A program made the position numbers and the translations under genes. A DNA stretch of 64,000 nt, taken from positions 331,336 to 395,335 of the forward strand of contig WGMK01000010.1 in assembly GCA_016125095.1 (NCBI GenBank), in the 5' to 3' direction. The notes under the pieces were generated by a model. The model was not told where the DNA came from and ran no database searches. It saw nothing but the letters and a program-made list of their open reading frames with translations. The first letter of the stretch is position 1, and every line of letters begins with the position of its first letter. Shown here in pieces: positions 26,491 to 36,869 of the stretch. The DNA is from Candidatus Hydrogenedens sp. (GTDB lineage Bacteria > Hydrogenedentota > Hydrogenedentia > Hydrogenedentales > JAEUWI01).

Positions 26491-27489
26491 ATGAAGTCCA
26501 CTTGGAAACACGTTCTGGCCGCATCGGCCATCGCTATGTTCACGGCGCTGCCCGCCCGCGCGGAGGAGCCGATCAAGGTCGGCATCATCGGCCTCGATAC
26601 GTCGCATGTGACGGCATTCACGGAGCTGCTGAACAACCCGGACAACGCGAAACACGTGCCCGGTGCCAAGGTGGTGGCGGCCTACCAGGGCGGCAGCGAC
26701 GACATCGAGTCGAGCTATTCGCGCGTGGAGGGCTACACCAGGACGCTACAGGAAGACTACGGCGTCGAGATTGTCCCGACGATCGAAGACCTCTGCGCGA
26801 AGGTGGACGCGGTGCTGCTGGAAAGCGTGGATGGCCGACCGCATCTGGAGCAGGCGCGTCCGGTATTCGAAGCGGGCAAGCGCGTGTTTATCGACAAGCC
26901 TGTCGCAGGATCGCTCAAGGATGCCATCGAAATTTACCGGCTGGGCAAGCTGCACGGCGTGCCCTGGTTCAGTTCTTCGTCCTACCGCTTTTACGACAGC
27001 ATGACCGCGCTGATGCAGCAGGACGTGGGGGACATCAAGGGCGCGATTTCCTTCGGTCCGGCCACCTACGAGGAGCACCACCCGGACTTGTTCTGGTATG
27101 GCGTGCATCCGACCGAGGCGCTCTTTACGGCGCTCGGCCGCGGCTGCGAATCGGTGGTGCGGACGACGACCGAAGACACCGACGTCGTGACCGGCGTGTG
27201 GAGCGGGGGACGCGTCGGCACGTTGCGCGGACTGCGCAACGCCGCCACTCCGCATGGCGTGATTCTGTTCGGGGCCAAGGCCGTCGCGCATCAGGAAGAC
27301 AGCGGAGACTATGCGCCCCTGGTAGCCGAAATCGTGAAGTTCTTCCAGACCGGGGTTGCGCCCGTTTCGCCCGAAGAGACCATCGAGATCTTCGCGTTCA
27401 TGGAGGCCGCCGACGAGAGCAAACGCCAGGGCGGCGCCGTGGTGACCATCGCGGACGTGATGAAGGCAAACGGCGGCCCGCTGGAATAA
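26491..27489 (+). CDS. Sec-exported Gfo/Idh/MocA family oxidoreductase
   Basis: Signal peptide MKSTWKHVLAASAIAMFTALPARA, then IKVGIIGLDTSHVTAF Rossmann N-terminus and a GFO_IDH_MocA C-terminal domain. Starts 16 nt after the upstream gene (operonic). Confidence 0.7.
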   Translation: MKSTWKHVLAASAIAMFTALPARAEEPIKVGIIGLDTSHVTAFTELLNNPDNAKHVPGAKVVAAYQGGSDDIESSYSRVEGYTRTLQEDYGVEIVPTIEDLCAKVDAVLLESVDGRPHLEQARPVFEAGKRVFIDKPVAGSLKDAIEIYRLGKLHGVPWFSSSSYRFYDSMTALMQQDVGDIKGAISFGPATYEEHHPDLFWYGVHPTEALFTALGRGCESVVRTTTEDTDVVTGVWSGGRVGTLRGLRNAATPHGVILFGAKAVAHQEDSGDYAPLVAEIVKFFQTGVAPVSPEETIEIFAFMEAADESKRQGGAVVTIADVMKANGGPLE

Positions 27490-27689
27490 CTTGCTTTAGA
27501 GTAACCGCATTTACCGAAAACGATCCCAGACAAACTTGATGTCGAGCGTCGAGTAAGGAAAAACATCTACCATCTTCGTCATTGCGAGGAGCGAGTCTTC
27601 GAGCGACGCGGCAACCTCCTTTTAGTGGGATGCCGATGCGCCAACGAGATTGCCGCGCTTCGCTCGCAAGGACGGAACGAGAGGTCGCC

Positions 27690-29051
27690 ATGAAAGTACT
27701 ATCTGCATTGCTCCTTGCAACCTCCGTACTGCTCTCTTCGGCCTACGCCGCGCCGCCCATGCGGGTGGCCGTGTTTCAGGCCGACGTGACGCCGCCCGTG
27801 GGCACGCCCCTCTGCGCGGGCGGGGTATTGCCGGCGCAGCGTATCAATGATCCCCTGAGCGCGCGCGGCATCGCGTTGCTGCCCGAGGGCGAAGCGCCCA
27901 TCGTGCTCTGCGCGGTGGACTGGGTGGGCATCGCCAATGGCGCGCACGATGCCTGGCGCGATGCCCTGGCCGAGGCCGCCGGCACGACGCGTGAACGGGT
28001 GGCCGTGCATACGCTGCATCAGCACGACGCGCCCTACGCCGACACGACGACCGAGGCGCTGGTGGAGGCAGTGGGCCTGGGCAGCCGCATGTACGATCCG
28101 CGTTTCGAGGCGAAGGCCCGGACCCGGACGGCGGAGGCCCTGAAGGCGTCGCTGGACGAGGCGCGAACCGTCACGGCGTTTTCAATCGGGCAGGCCGATG
28201 TGGAGAAGGTGGCGAGCAACCGCCGCATTCTCGGGGAGGACGGCAAGGTGCGGGCCGTGCGCTGGACGGCGACCACCGACCCCGCCATCCGCGCGGAGCC
28301 GGAAGGGGTCATCGACCCCAAGGTGAGGGCCATCGGGCTTTGGGACGGCGACGACTTGATCGTGGTGCTCACGTACTACGCGACGCACCCGCAGAGTTAC
28401 TACAACACGGGCTCGGTGAGCGCGGACTTCGTGGGCATGGCGCGCGATGCACGGGCCGAGGCGGACGGCGTGCCGCATGTGCATTTCAACGGGGCGTCGG
28501 GCAACATCGGCGCGGGCAAATACAACGACGGTTCGCCGGAGAACCGGCCCGTGCTGGCGGGGCGCCTGGCCGACGGCATGCAGCGCGCCTGGGAATCGGC
28601 CCAGCGCTACGACCTGAACGCAGACACGGCCTTCGGCTGGAAGTCGCTCGATGTGGATCTGCCGCGTCGCTCGGAGGTGAAACTCGAGGCCGAACGCGCG
28701 ACGCTGGCAAACCCGGAGGCAGACTCGAATCTCCGTATGCAGGCCGGCCGCGAGATAGCGTGGATGGAGCGCAAGGCGGAGCACCCGATTCAGTTGTCTT
28801 GCCTGACCCTCGGCCCGGCGCGTCTCGTGCAGATGCCCGGAGAGCTTTTCATCGAGTACCAGTTGGAAGCGCAGGCCATGCTGCCGGACAATTTCGTCGC
28901 GATGGCCGCCTACGGCGACTACGGTCCGGGCTACATCGGCACCGCTATATCCTACGAACAAGGCGGCTACGAGACCGGCATATATACCAGCCGCACCGAT
29001 CCCGAAGTCGAAACCGTACTGCACAACGCGCTGGAGACCCTGCTCAAGTAG
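27690..29051 (+). CDS. Secreted hypothetical protein; weak resemblance to the neutral/alkaline ceramidase N-terminal domain
   Basis: ATG at 27690 (MKVLSALLLATSVLLSSAYAA signal peptide). AVFQADVTPPVGTPLCAGG and VHTLHQHDAP segments resemble ceramidase motifs, but the match is weak and the function is uncertain. ORF-track frame begins earlier with TTG at 27582. Confidence 0.45.
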   Translation: MKVLSALLLATSVLLSSAYAAPPMRVAVFQADVTPPVGTPLCAGGVLPAQRINDPLSARGIALLPEGEAPIVLCAVDWVGIANGAHDAWRDALAEAAGTTRERVAVHTLHQHDAPYADTTTEALVEAVGLGSRMYDPRFEAKARTRTAEALKASLDEARTVTAFSIGQADVEKVASNRRILGEDGKVRAVRWTATTDPAIRAEPEGVIDPKVRAIGLWDGDDLIVVLTYYATHPQSYYNTGSVSADFVGMARDARAEADGVPHVHFNGASGNIGAGKYNDGSPENRPVLAGRLADGMQRAWESAQRYDLNADTAFGWKSLDVDLPRRSEVKLEAERATLANPEADSNLRMQAGREIAWMERKAEHPIQLSCLTLGPARLVQMPGELFIEYQLEAQAMLPDNFVAMAAYGDYGPGYIGTAISYEQGGYETGIYTSRTDPEVETVLHNALETLLK

Positions 29052-29057
29052 CGGGGC

Positions 29058-29654
29058 TTAGGCGTCCCCCACCATGCACACGAGGCAGGAGCGGGGGCCC
29101 TGCGCGCCAATAACGAGGCATTGGGCGATGTCGGAGGTCTTGGAGGGACCGGCGATAAAATAGCCCGAGGTGTCGCCGCGCTGGGCGAGGCGGGCGTAGG
29201 CTTCGTGCATGGTCGGCAGGAGGGCATCGCGCCGGACAATGAGCACGAGGTGCTCGGCGAGGTAGAGCAGCGAACGGTGCGGCACGGCCCCGGCGGGCAC
29301 CCACACGGCGGCGTTTTCCGCCACGCATTCGCAGCCGTCCACGATGGCCAAATCGAGGTGCTGCAGCGCGGCGGTATCGGTAAACGCGGCCTCGGGCAGC
29401 GAGGTGGGCACGGCTGCGGGGTTCGTGGAATACACGGACCGCTCCGCAAGATCCGGCCAGCGGGCGGAGAGTAGTGGGGCTAGCTCCTCTACACTCCGCA
29501 GCACGGCCAGTTCGCCGCCGCAGGCCTTCAGCCGGAACTCGAAAGACTCCAGCAAGTCGGCCGCCGGGGCGTCGGGCGTGTACATAGCAGGCGCTTCGAC
29601 GCCTCCGGGCGCGGCCTCGCGCAGCGCCTTCAGTATGGTATCGCGGCTGCTCAC
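29058..29654 (-). CDS. lutC: Lactate utilization protein C (LUD domain)
   Basis: GTG start overlapping the lutB TGA stop (CCGTGAGC). LUD/DUF162-like sequence; ~198 aa. The ORF-track frame extends upstream (to 30104) as a high-GC read-through artefact. Confidence 0.6.
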   Translation of the reverse strand: MSSRDTILKALREAAPGGVEAPAMYTPDAPAADLLESFEFRLKACGGELAVLRSVEELAPLLSARWPDLAERSVYSTNPAAVPTSLPEAAFTDTAALQHLDLAIVDGCECVAENAAVWVPAGAVPHRSLLYLAEHLVLIVRRDALLPTMHEAYARLAQRGDTSGYFIAGPSKTSDIAQCLVIGAQGPRSCLVCMVGDA

Positions 29655-31018
29655 GGGCGGCCTCCGTCCAGATAGGAGCGCTTCGGCGGCACCGGCAGTT
29701 CGCGACGCTTGCCCCACGCGTTCCAGGGGCCGTAGACCAGCGCGCGCGGCGTGATCCGCAGCGAGAGGCGCATCATCCGCCCGCCCAGCTTGAACAGCCA
29801 CGGGCGCGTGGCGACAAAGGTAAACACGTGCGCGCCGAGCTGCTTGGACAGCGGCACGCGCCCCTCCTTCGCCAGTTCTTCGCGCCAGTACAGCAGCTGC
29901 TTGTGCAGGTCGATCTTTACGGGGCACACCTCGGTGCAGGAGCCGCAGAGCGAGCTGGCGAAGGGCAGCGTCTCGGTCTGCTCGAAGGCGACGTTCGGCG
30001 CGAGCACCGACCCGATCGGCCCCGGAATGACGTGGTTGTACGAGTGGCCGCCGCTGCGCCGGAATACCGGGCAGGTGTTCATGCACGCGCCGCAGCGGAT
30101 GCACTTGAGCGCATTGCGGAACCGGTCGCGCGCGAGGAGCGCCGAACGGCCGTTGTCGAGCAGCACGATGTGCAGTTCGCTGCCCGGCGCCGGCCCCGTC
30201 ACGTGCGAGGTATAGGCCGTGATGGCCTGGCCCGTGCCCGAGCGCGCCAGCAGCCGCGTGAACACGGCCAAATCCTCGAAGCGTGGCACGAGTTTTTCCA
30301 GCCCCATGCAGGCGATGTGCAGCTTCGGCACCGTCATGCCGAGATCGGCGTTCGCCTCGTTCGTGCAGACCACCAGCGTGCCGGTCTCGGCGACCGCGAA
30401 GTTCACGCCGGTGATGCCCGCTTGCGCATGCAGGTAGCGCGCGCGCAAATCCTGCCGGGCGGCCTCGGTCAGCTCCTCGGCCGAGTCATTGCCCGGGGCC
30501 GTCCCCAGGTTCTTCTCGAATATCCTGCCGATCTGCTGCTTGTTCAAATGGATCGCCGGCAGCACGATGTGGCTCGGGTGCTCCTGGTTCAATTGCACCA
30601 CGCGCTCGCCCAGGTCCGTATCGACCACCTCGATGCCCTGCGCTTCCAAATACGGGTTCAGCGCGCATTCCTCGGTCAGCATGCTTTTGCTTTTCGCCAC
30701 CGAGGTCACGCCGTGCTGCTTCAAGAGCCCGTGCACCAGCACCCGGAATTCTTCCGGGTCCTTCGCCCAGTGTACCGTCGCGCCCGCAGCCCGCGCGGCG
30801 CGCTCGAATTGCTCCAGGTAATCGGGCAAATGCGCCAGCGTGTGCTGCTTGATGCGCGTGGCCTGCTCGCGCAGGCGCTCCCAGTCCGGCACCGAAGCGG
30901 CAGCCTTGTCGCGCCGGTCGCGCACGTTCCACAGTGCGGCGTCGTGCCAGGCGGCATGTGCGCCATCGTCCAGAAAGCGCGCGGCAGCCGGCGGGTGCGC
31001 CTCCGTGCGCGCGCTCAT
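29651..31018 (-). CDS. lutB: Lactate utilization protein B, iron-sulfur cluster-binding (LUD + 2x[4Fe-4S] ferredoxin)
   Basis: ATG at 31018 overlapping the lutA stop (ATGA). CIRCGACMNTCPV and CGSCTEVCPV ferredoxin motifs. 455 aa. The ORF-track 690-aa frame is an upstream read-through. Confidence 0.8.
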   Translation of the reverse strand: MSARTEAHPPAAARFLDDGAHAAWHDAALWNVRDRRDKAAASVPDWERLREQATRIKQHTLAHLPDYLEQFERAARAAGATVHWAKDPEEFRVLVHGLLKQHGVTSVAKSKSMLTEECALNPYLEAQGIEVVDTDLGERVVQLNQEHPSHIVLPAIHLNKQQIGRIFEKNLGTAPGNDSAEELTEAARQDLRARYLHAQAGITGVNFAVAETGTLVVCTNEANADLGMTVPKLHIACMGLEKLVPRFEDLAVFTRLLARSGTGQAITAYTSHVTGPAPGSELHIVLLDNGRSALLARDRFRNALKCIRCGACMNTCPVFRRSGGHSYNHVIPGPIGSVLAPNVAFEQTETLPFASSLCGSCTEVCPVKIDLHKQLLYWREELAKEGRVPLSKQLGAHVFTFVATRPWLFKLGGRMMRLSLRITPRALVYGPWNAWGKRRELPVPPKRSYLDGGRP

Positions 31019-31785
31019 ACGCGGTCTCCCGCCAGAATCTGCGCCACATGCGCCACGCGCACGGCCCGGTGTTCGCGCCGGATGATCCCCTCGAGGTGCA
31101 TCAGGCAGCTCATGTCGCCGCTCGCGATGATCTCCGCGTGCGCGCGCTCGTGGCAGGCCACGCGGTCGCGCCCCATGCCCACGCTCACCGCTTCCTCCGA
31201 CACCGCGAACAGTCCGCCGAAGCCGCAGCATTCGTCCGGCCGGTCGAGATTGACGAGTTCGATGTCGCGCACCAGGCTCAGCAGCGCGCGCGTCTTGTCC
31301 GTAGCGCAGCCGAAAGATTCGCTCGGCTGGGCCAGCCGCAGTTCGCGCAGGCCGTGGCAGCCCTGGTGAATGCCCACCCGGTGCGGAAAAGACACGTCCA
31401 TTTCCCGCACGCCGACCACATCGTGGAGAAACTCGCAGAACTCGAATACACGGGGGATCTTGGCGTCGTCCAGCCACAGGTCGCGGTAGTGCTCGCGCAC
31501 CATCGCTGTACAGGAACCCGAAGGGCAGACCACATACTCGAAATCCGCGAAGACCTTGCAGCAGTGTTTCGCCACCGGCAGCGTTTCCTTCGCGAAGCCC
31601 GAGTTCAGCATGGGCTGACCGCAGCAGGTCTGCTGCTTCGGCACCACCACCTCGCAGCCGTGGCGCTCGAGCACCCTCCGCGCGGCGTCGGCCACGGCCG
31701 GATAGAACTGGTCCACATAGCACGGCACCATGAGGGCGGCGCGCAGCGATTGGGTGGTCGGGGCAGCAGAAGTCATGGCGCGCAT
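31015..31785 (-). CDS. lutA: Lactate utilization protein A, (Fe-S)-binding CCG-domain oxidoreductase
   Basis: Two cysteine-rich CCG domains (TCCGQP ... CPSGSC ... ECCGFGG). Confidence 0.8.
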   Translation of the reverse strand: MRAMTSAAPTTQSLRAALMVPCYVDQFYPAVADAARRVLERHGCEVVVPKQQTCCGQPMLNSGFAKETLPVAKHCCKVFADFEYVVCPSGSCTAMVREHYRDLWLDDAKIPRVFEFCEFLHDVVGVREMDVSFPHRVGIHQGCHGLRELRLAQPSESFGCATDKTRALLSLVRDIELVNLDRPDECCGFGGLFAVSEEAVSVGMGRDRVACHERAHAEIIASGDMSCLMHLEGIIRREHRAVRVAHVAQILAGDRV

Positions 31786-31901
31786 TTTAGCCTGTGTCGA
31801 AAGGTTTGTGCGAACTGCGCCGCCGCGATCGCCTTTCGCTGGCGTTGGAAACCGCGACAGGAGTAGACTTCAACTCCCCTCTTTACCGATTGGATTCCGC
31901 C

Positions 31902-33653
31902 ATGAGCCCCAAACGCATCGCCCGAAGTGTGTCCAGCGCCCTCCTAGAGCCGGCGTACCTGGGCACTGCGCTCCGACAGACCTTCCGCGAAGGCTACGGC
32001 CGCGCCGATCTGCTCGCCGATCTTTCGGCGGGCGCGGTGGTCGGCATCATCGCCATTCCGCTGTCCATGGCGCTCGCCATCGCCACGGGCGTGCCGCCGC
32101 AGATGGGCCTCTACACGGCCATCGTCGCGGGCGCGCTCACGGCCCTGCTCGGCGGTTCGCGCGTCCAGGTCACCGGGCCGACTGCCGCCTTTATCGTCAT
32201 CCTTGCGCCCGTCGTGCACCAGTTCGGCGTCGGCGGACTTATGCTGGCCACCGGCATGGCGGGCGTCATGCTCTTCGCGCTCGGCTTCGCGCGCATGGGG
32301 CGGCTCATTCAATTCGTGCCCTATCCCGTCACTGCCGGCTTCACCGCGGGTATCGGCATTGTTATCGGCACACTGCAGGTGAAGGATTTTCTCGGCCTGC
32401 ATATCGAGGCGATGCCCGAGGAATTCCTCGAAAAGGCGCTGGCGATCGCCGAGGCCTTGCCCACGGCGTACCTGCCCGATTGCCTTGCAGGCGCCGCGAC
32501 GCTGGCGCTGCTGCTGCTCGTGCCGCGGGTACTGCCGAAATTCCCGGCGCCGCTGGTGGTGCTGCCCGTCGTGGCGGGCGCGGCCTATGCCGCTGCACTG
32601 GCGTGGCCCGATGCCGCTGCGGTCACCATCAACGACCGCTTCTCCTACACCCTCGGCGGCGAGACCCTCGCGGGCATTCCGCGCCTGCTGCCGCCGTTCA
32701 TGGCCCCCTGGAACCAGCCTGGACCCGATGGTGCGCCGTTGACGCTATCGCTGGGCCTCATCAAAATCCTGCTCGGGCCCGCCTTCGCCATCGCGATCCT
32801 CGCCGCCATCGAGTCGCTGTTGTCCGCCGTCATCGCCGATGGCCTCACGGGGAAAAAGCACGACCCCGATTCCGAACTCATGGGCCTTGGGCTGGGCAGC
32901 ATCGCGGGCACGTTCTTCGGCGGCATCGCGGCCACCGGGGCCATTGCGCGCACGGCCGCCAACGTGCGCTTCGGCGCACGGTCGCCCATCGCCTCCATCA
33001 CGCACGCTCTCGTCATCCTCATCGCCATCGTGGCGGCCGCGCCGCTGCTGGGCTACCTGCCCATGGCCTCGCTGGCCGCACTGCTTATGCTTGTCGCGTG
33101 GAATATGTCCGAGGCGCGCCACGTGCTCTACGTGCTGCGCATCGCTCCCAAGAGCGATGCCTTCGTCCTGCTCACCTGCATCACGCTCACCGTCGTCTTC
33201 GATATGGTGGTCGCGGTCAGCGGCGGGCTGGTGCTGGCGTCAGTGCTGTTCATTCGCCGCATGGCCGAGGTATCAAGCGTTACGCTCGTGGATACCAGCG
33301 CGGGGGAGACAATGCATGGTCTGCGGCCCGGGGTGGTGGTTTACGAAATCGCGGGACCGCTCTTTTTCGGCGCGGCGGAAAAGGCCATGTCCTCCCTGCA
33401 CGAAGTCGGCACCGAAGTCCGCACAGTCATCTTCGATTTCCGGAAGATACCCGCCATGGACGTGACCGGACTCATCAACCTGCAGTCGGCCATCCGCCGC
33501 CTGCGCAGTGAGCAGATCGACATTGTCCTCGCGGGCGTGCACGGCCAGCCCCAGCGCGTCCTGGCCAAGGCAGGCACGGACGACAACGTCATCGTCGAGT
33601 CCGACTTCGAGGCCGCCCTCGCGCCGTATCGGGCATTTGAAAGTAGCCGGTAG
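31902..33653 (+). CDS. SulP family anion transporter (sulfate permease/DauA-like) with C-terminal STAS domain
   Basis: ATG at 31902 (MSPKRIARSV...). Multiple TM helices, the SulP signature region, and a C-terminal STAS domain (VVVYEIAGPLFFGAAEK...). Confidence 0.75.
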   Translation: MSPKRIARSVSSALLEPAYLGTALRQTFREGYGRADLLADLSAGAVVGIIAIPLSMALAIATGVPPQMGLYTAIVAGALTALLGGSRVQVTGPTAAFIVILAPVVHQFGVGGLMLATGMAGVMLFALGFARMGRLIQFVPYPVTAGFTAGIGIVIGTLQVKDFLGLHIEAMPEEFLEKALAIAEALPTAYLPDCLAGAATLALLLLVPRVLPKFPAPLVVLPVVAGAAYAAALAWPDAAAVTINDRFSYTLGGETLAGIPRLLPPFMAPWNQPGPDGAPLTLSLGLIKILLGPAFAIAILAAIESLLSAVIADGLTGKKHDPDSELMGLGLGSIAGTFFGGIAATGAIARTAANVRFGARSPIASITHALVILIAIVAAAPLLGYLPMASLAALLMLVAWNMSEARHVLYVLRIAPKSDAFVLLTCITLTVVFDMVVAVSGGLVLASVLFIRRMAEVSSVTLVDTSAGETMHGLRPGVVVYEIAGPLFFGAAEKAMSSLHEVGTEVRTVIFDFRKIPAMDVTGLINLQSAIRRLRSEQIDIVLAGVHGQPQRVLAKAGTDDNVIVESDFEAALAPYRAFESSR

Positions 33654-33740
33654 GGCGAGCGTACCCGCGAGCCATCTTGATGCGAAGACTTTGCTACAGC
33701 GCCAAAATGGCTCGCGGGTACGCTCCCCCTACCGTTCCAA

Positions 33741-36700
33741 TCAGATCCCCCCGCCGGTGTCTTTGGTCTTCGCGGCGGCGCGCCGGTGCGCCAGCAAATA
33801 CAGGATCGGCAGCACGAACAAGGTGAGGATGGTGTCCGTCACCACGCCGCCCACGACGACCGTCGCGAGTGGGCGCTGCACTTCCGCGCCGACGCCCGTC
33901 GACAGCGCCATTGGAATGAAGCCGGCCGCGTCGGTGATAGCGGTAGCGAGCACCGGCCGCAGCCGCTGCTTGCCGGCCTCGACGATCGCCTCGCCCAGTC
34001 CTTGGCCCTCGTTCCGATAGGCGCGGATGGCTGCGACGAGCACCTGCCCGTTGAGCACGGCGATGCCACTGAGCGCGATGAAGCCGACCGCCGCGCTCAC
34101 GCTGAACGGAATGCCGCGCGCGTACAGCGCCAGCACGCCGCCGATGGCCGCGAAGGGCACGCCGCTGTAGATGATGAGCACATCGCGCAGGCTGCCCAGA
34201 CTGAAGAACAGCAGCATGAACACGAGCAGCAGCGTGAGCGGCACGATGATGGCGAGCCGCTGCTGGGCGCGCTCGAGGTTCTCGAACTGGCCGCCCCAGT
34301 CGATCACGTAGCCCTCGGGGAGGTCCACCTGCGCTTCAATCTGCTGGCGTGCCTCGTCCACGAAGGATGCCACGTCCCGGCCGCGCACATTGGTCTGCAC
34401 GCGTATCAGGCGCCGGCTCCACTCGCGGTTGATGGTCGACGGACTCTCCGTCACGCGCAGGTCGGCCAGCTGGTTCAGTTCGAAAAGGCCGCCCGATTCC
34501 GTGGCGACGCGCGCCTTGGAGAGCGCGTCGAGATCCTCGCGGTAGCGGTCCGGCAGGCGTAGCACCAGCGGGAATACCCGCTGGCCCTCATAAATCGCGC
34601 CGACCTCGGTGCCGCCGAGCGCGGCGACAAAGTCGAGCACGTCCCCCGTGGGGATGCCGTAGCGCGCGGTGCGGGCCTCGTCCACGTCCACCTGCAGGGT
34701 CGGCTGCCCGGTAATCTGGTCCACGGAGATATCCGCCGCGCCTTCGATGCCGCCGAGCACGGTTTGCACTTCGTCGGCGATGCGCACGAGTTCGTCGAAA
34801 TCGTCGCCGAAGATCTTGATGCCGAGGTCCGACCGGATGCCCGCCGCCATCTCGTTCATGCGCAACTCGATGGGCTGCGAGTACGACATGTTCACGCCGG
34901 GCAGATCCGCCAGCGAGGCCTGGATCTTGGCCACCAGTTCATCTTGGCTCGAGGCCTTGGTCCATTCCTCGCGCGGCTTCAGGGTCATGAACATATCGGT
35001 CAGCTCGATGCCCATCGGGTCCGTGGCGACCTCCGCCACCCCGATACGGCTCCAGACGTATTTAATCTCGTCGGGAAAGTTATCGAGTATCAGCTGCTCG
35101 ATGCGCGTGTTGTACTCGGTCGATGCTGGAATGGCGACGCCCGCGAGCCGCACGATGTTGGCCACGGCCGCGCCTTCGCTAAGCCGGGGCGTGAATTCGC
35201 CGCCCAGCCGCGAAGCGTACACCCCGGCCACAATCGCCAGCGCCGCTGTGCAGACGAGGATGGGCCCCCGAGCGACCAGCGCGCCTCGAAGGAGTGCCCC
35301 GTAGCCTGCGGTCATCCAGTGGCCCAGACCCTTGCGCTCCGGTCTCAGGTTCCACGGCAGTGCGTAGTACGAGAGCACGGGGGAGAGGCACAGCGCCACA
35401 GCGAGCGCGCCGCCCAGCGCCAACATGAAGGTGAACGCCATCGGCCGGAACATCTTGCCTTCGACGCCCTCGAGCGCGAGAATCGGCAGAAATACGATGG
35501 CGATGATGCCCATGCCGAAGCCGATCGGCCGCGCCACTTCCTTGCTCGAATGCACGATGCACGCGATGCGCTCGGCCGCGGTCAGCTTGCGCCCTTCGCG
35601 TTCCTGCGATTCGCGCAGGCGGCGCAGGTTCGCCTCGGTCATCACCACGCTGCCGTCCACCAGGATGCCGAAGTCGATCGCGCCCAGGCTCAGCAGGCTC
35701 GCCGCGATGGACAGCTCGAACATGCCCAGCGCCGCGAACAGCATCGCCATCGGCACCGTCACCGCCACCAGCAGCCCCGCCCGGAAATTGCCCAGCAGCA
35801 CGAACAGCACCACGACGACCAGCAGCGCGCCCATCGCGAGGTTGTGCTCGACCGTGCCGATCACTTCCGATACCAGTTCCGTGCGGTCGTAGACCACGGT
35901 GACGTTAATGTCGTCGGGCAGCGCCTTGGCTGCAGCCTGCAGGCGATCACGCAGCGCCGCCGTCACCTCGTTGCTGTTCTCGCCCAGCAGCATGAAGCCG
36001 AGACCCATTAGCGCCTCGCCCTGTCCCTGAAACGTCACCGCGCCCTGCCGGATCTCATGGTCGAGCCGCACTTCCGCCACGTCCCGCACGCGCACCGGGG
36101 AGCCCTCGTGCGCATCGATGACGATGCCGCCGATCTCCTCGATGCTCGATACGCGCCCGAGGCCGTGTACCAGCAGGGCCTCGCCGCTGCGGGTCAGCTG
36201 GCCGCCGCCCACATTCTGGTTGTTGCGCCGCAGCGCTTCTTCCACCTGCGCCAGCGTCAGGCCGTATTTGATGAGCGCATCGGGATCCGTGATGACGTGG
36301 TACTGCTTCTTGAAGCCGCCCCAGCTGTTTACTTCGGCCACGCCCGGCACCTTCAGCAGCTCCGGCTTAATGACCCAGTCGTGCGGTTCGCGGATTTCCG
36401 TGAGCGTGCGGTCGGGGTTGTCGGAGCGCAGCACATAGTGCAGCACTTCGCCGAGTCCGGTGGAAATGGGGCCGAGCTGCGGACGCCCGATACCCTCAGG
36501 CAGCTCGACAGTATTGAGCCGCTCGGTCACGAATTGCCGGGCGTTGTAGATGTCGGTGCCGTCTTCGAACACCGCCACCACTTGCGAGAAACCGAACTTG
36601 GAGACCGAGCGGGATTCCTCCAACCCGGGCAGCCCCGATATCGCCAGCTCGATCGGCAGCGTGATCTGCTGCTCGATTTCGAGTCCGTTCAAAGCCGGGG

Positions 36701-36857
36701 CGGTCGTGTTGATTTGCACCTGCACGGGCGAGGTGTCGGGAAACGCGTCGATCGGCAGCTGCGTCAGCCGCCACGCGCCGACGGCGCAGACGATCGCGAA
36801 GCCCGCCACCACGAGCAGGCGGTTGTGCAGCGAATAGGTAACGATTCTCTCAAGCAT
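33741..36857 (-). CDS. czcA: Heavy-metal efflux RND transporter (HME-RND, CzcA/CusA family)
   Basis: 1038 aa with 12-TM RND topology. TM4 motif AIDFGILVDGSVVMTEAN, resembling the HME-RND A-x5-DFG-x3-DGA-x3-VEN signature. Confidence 0.85.
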   Translation of the reverse strand: MLERIVTYSLHNRLLVVAGFAIVCAVGAWRLTQLPIDAFPDTSPVQVQINTTAPALNGLEIEQQITLPIELAISGLPGLEESRSVSKFGFSQVVAVFEDGTDIYNARQFVTERLNTVELPEGIGRPQLGPISTGLGEVLHYVLRSDNPDRTLTEIREPHDWVIKPELLKVPGVAEVNSWGGFKKQYHVITDPDALIKYGLTLAQVEEALRRNNQNVGGGQLTRSGEALLVHGLGRVSSIEEIGGIVIDAHEGSPVRVRDVAEVRLDHEIRQGAVTFQGQGEALMGLGFMLLGENSNEVTAALRDRLQAAAKALPDDINVTVVYDRTELVSEVIGTVEHNLAMGALLVVVVLFVLLGNFRAGLLVAVTVPMAMLFAALGMFELSIAASLLSLGAIDFGILVDGSVVMTEANLRRLRESQEREGRKLTAAERIACIVHSSKEVARPIGFGMGIIAIVFLPILALEGVEGKMFRPMAFTFMLALGGALAVALCLSPVLSYYALPWNLRPERKGLGHWMTAGYGALLRGALVARGPILVCTAALAIVAGVYASRLGGEFTPRLSEGAAVANIVRLAGVAIPASTEYNTRIEQLILDNFPDEIKYVWSRIGVAEVATDPMGIELTDMFMTLKPREEWTKASSQDELVAKIQASLADLPGVNMSYSQPIELRMNEMAAGIRSDLGIKIFGDDFDELVRIADEVQTVLGGIEGAADISVDQITGQPTLQVDVDEARTARYGIPTGDVLDFVAALGGTEVGAIYEGQRVFPLVLRLPDRYREDLDALSKARVATESGGLFELNQLADLRVTESPSTINREWSRRLIRVQTNVRGRDVASFVDEARQQIEAQVDLPEGYVIDWGGQFENLERAQQRLAIIVPLTLLLVFMLLFFSLGSLRDVLIIYSGVPFAAIGGVLALYARGIPFSVSAAVGFIALSGIAVLNGQVLVAAIRAYRNEGQGLGEAIVEAGKQRLRPVLATAITDAAGFIPMALSTGVGAEVQRPLATVVVGGVVTDTILTLFVLPILYLLAHRRAAAKTKDTGGGI

Positions 36858-36869
36858 GCTGCACCCCGC

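Noticed and set aside
27555-27640. Sequence cgtcattgcgaggagcgagtcttcgagcgacgcggcaacc resembling repetitive intergenic 'CATTGCGAGGAGCGA...' elements seen in other genomes
   Set aside because: It occurs only once in the window, and I could not fold it into a convincing hairpin by eye. Without a genome-wide count it cannot be called a repeat family.
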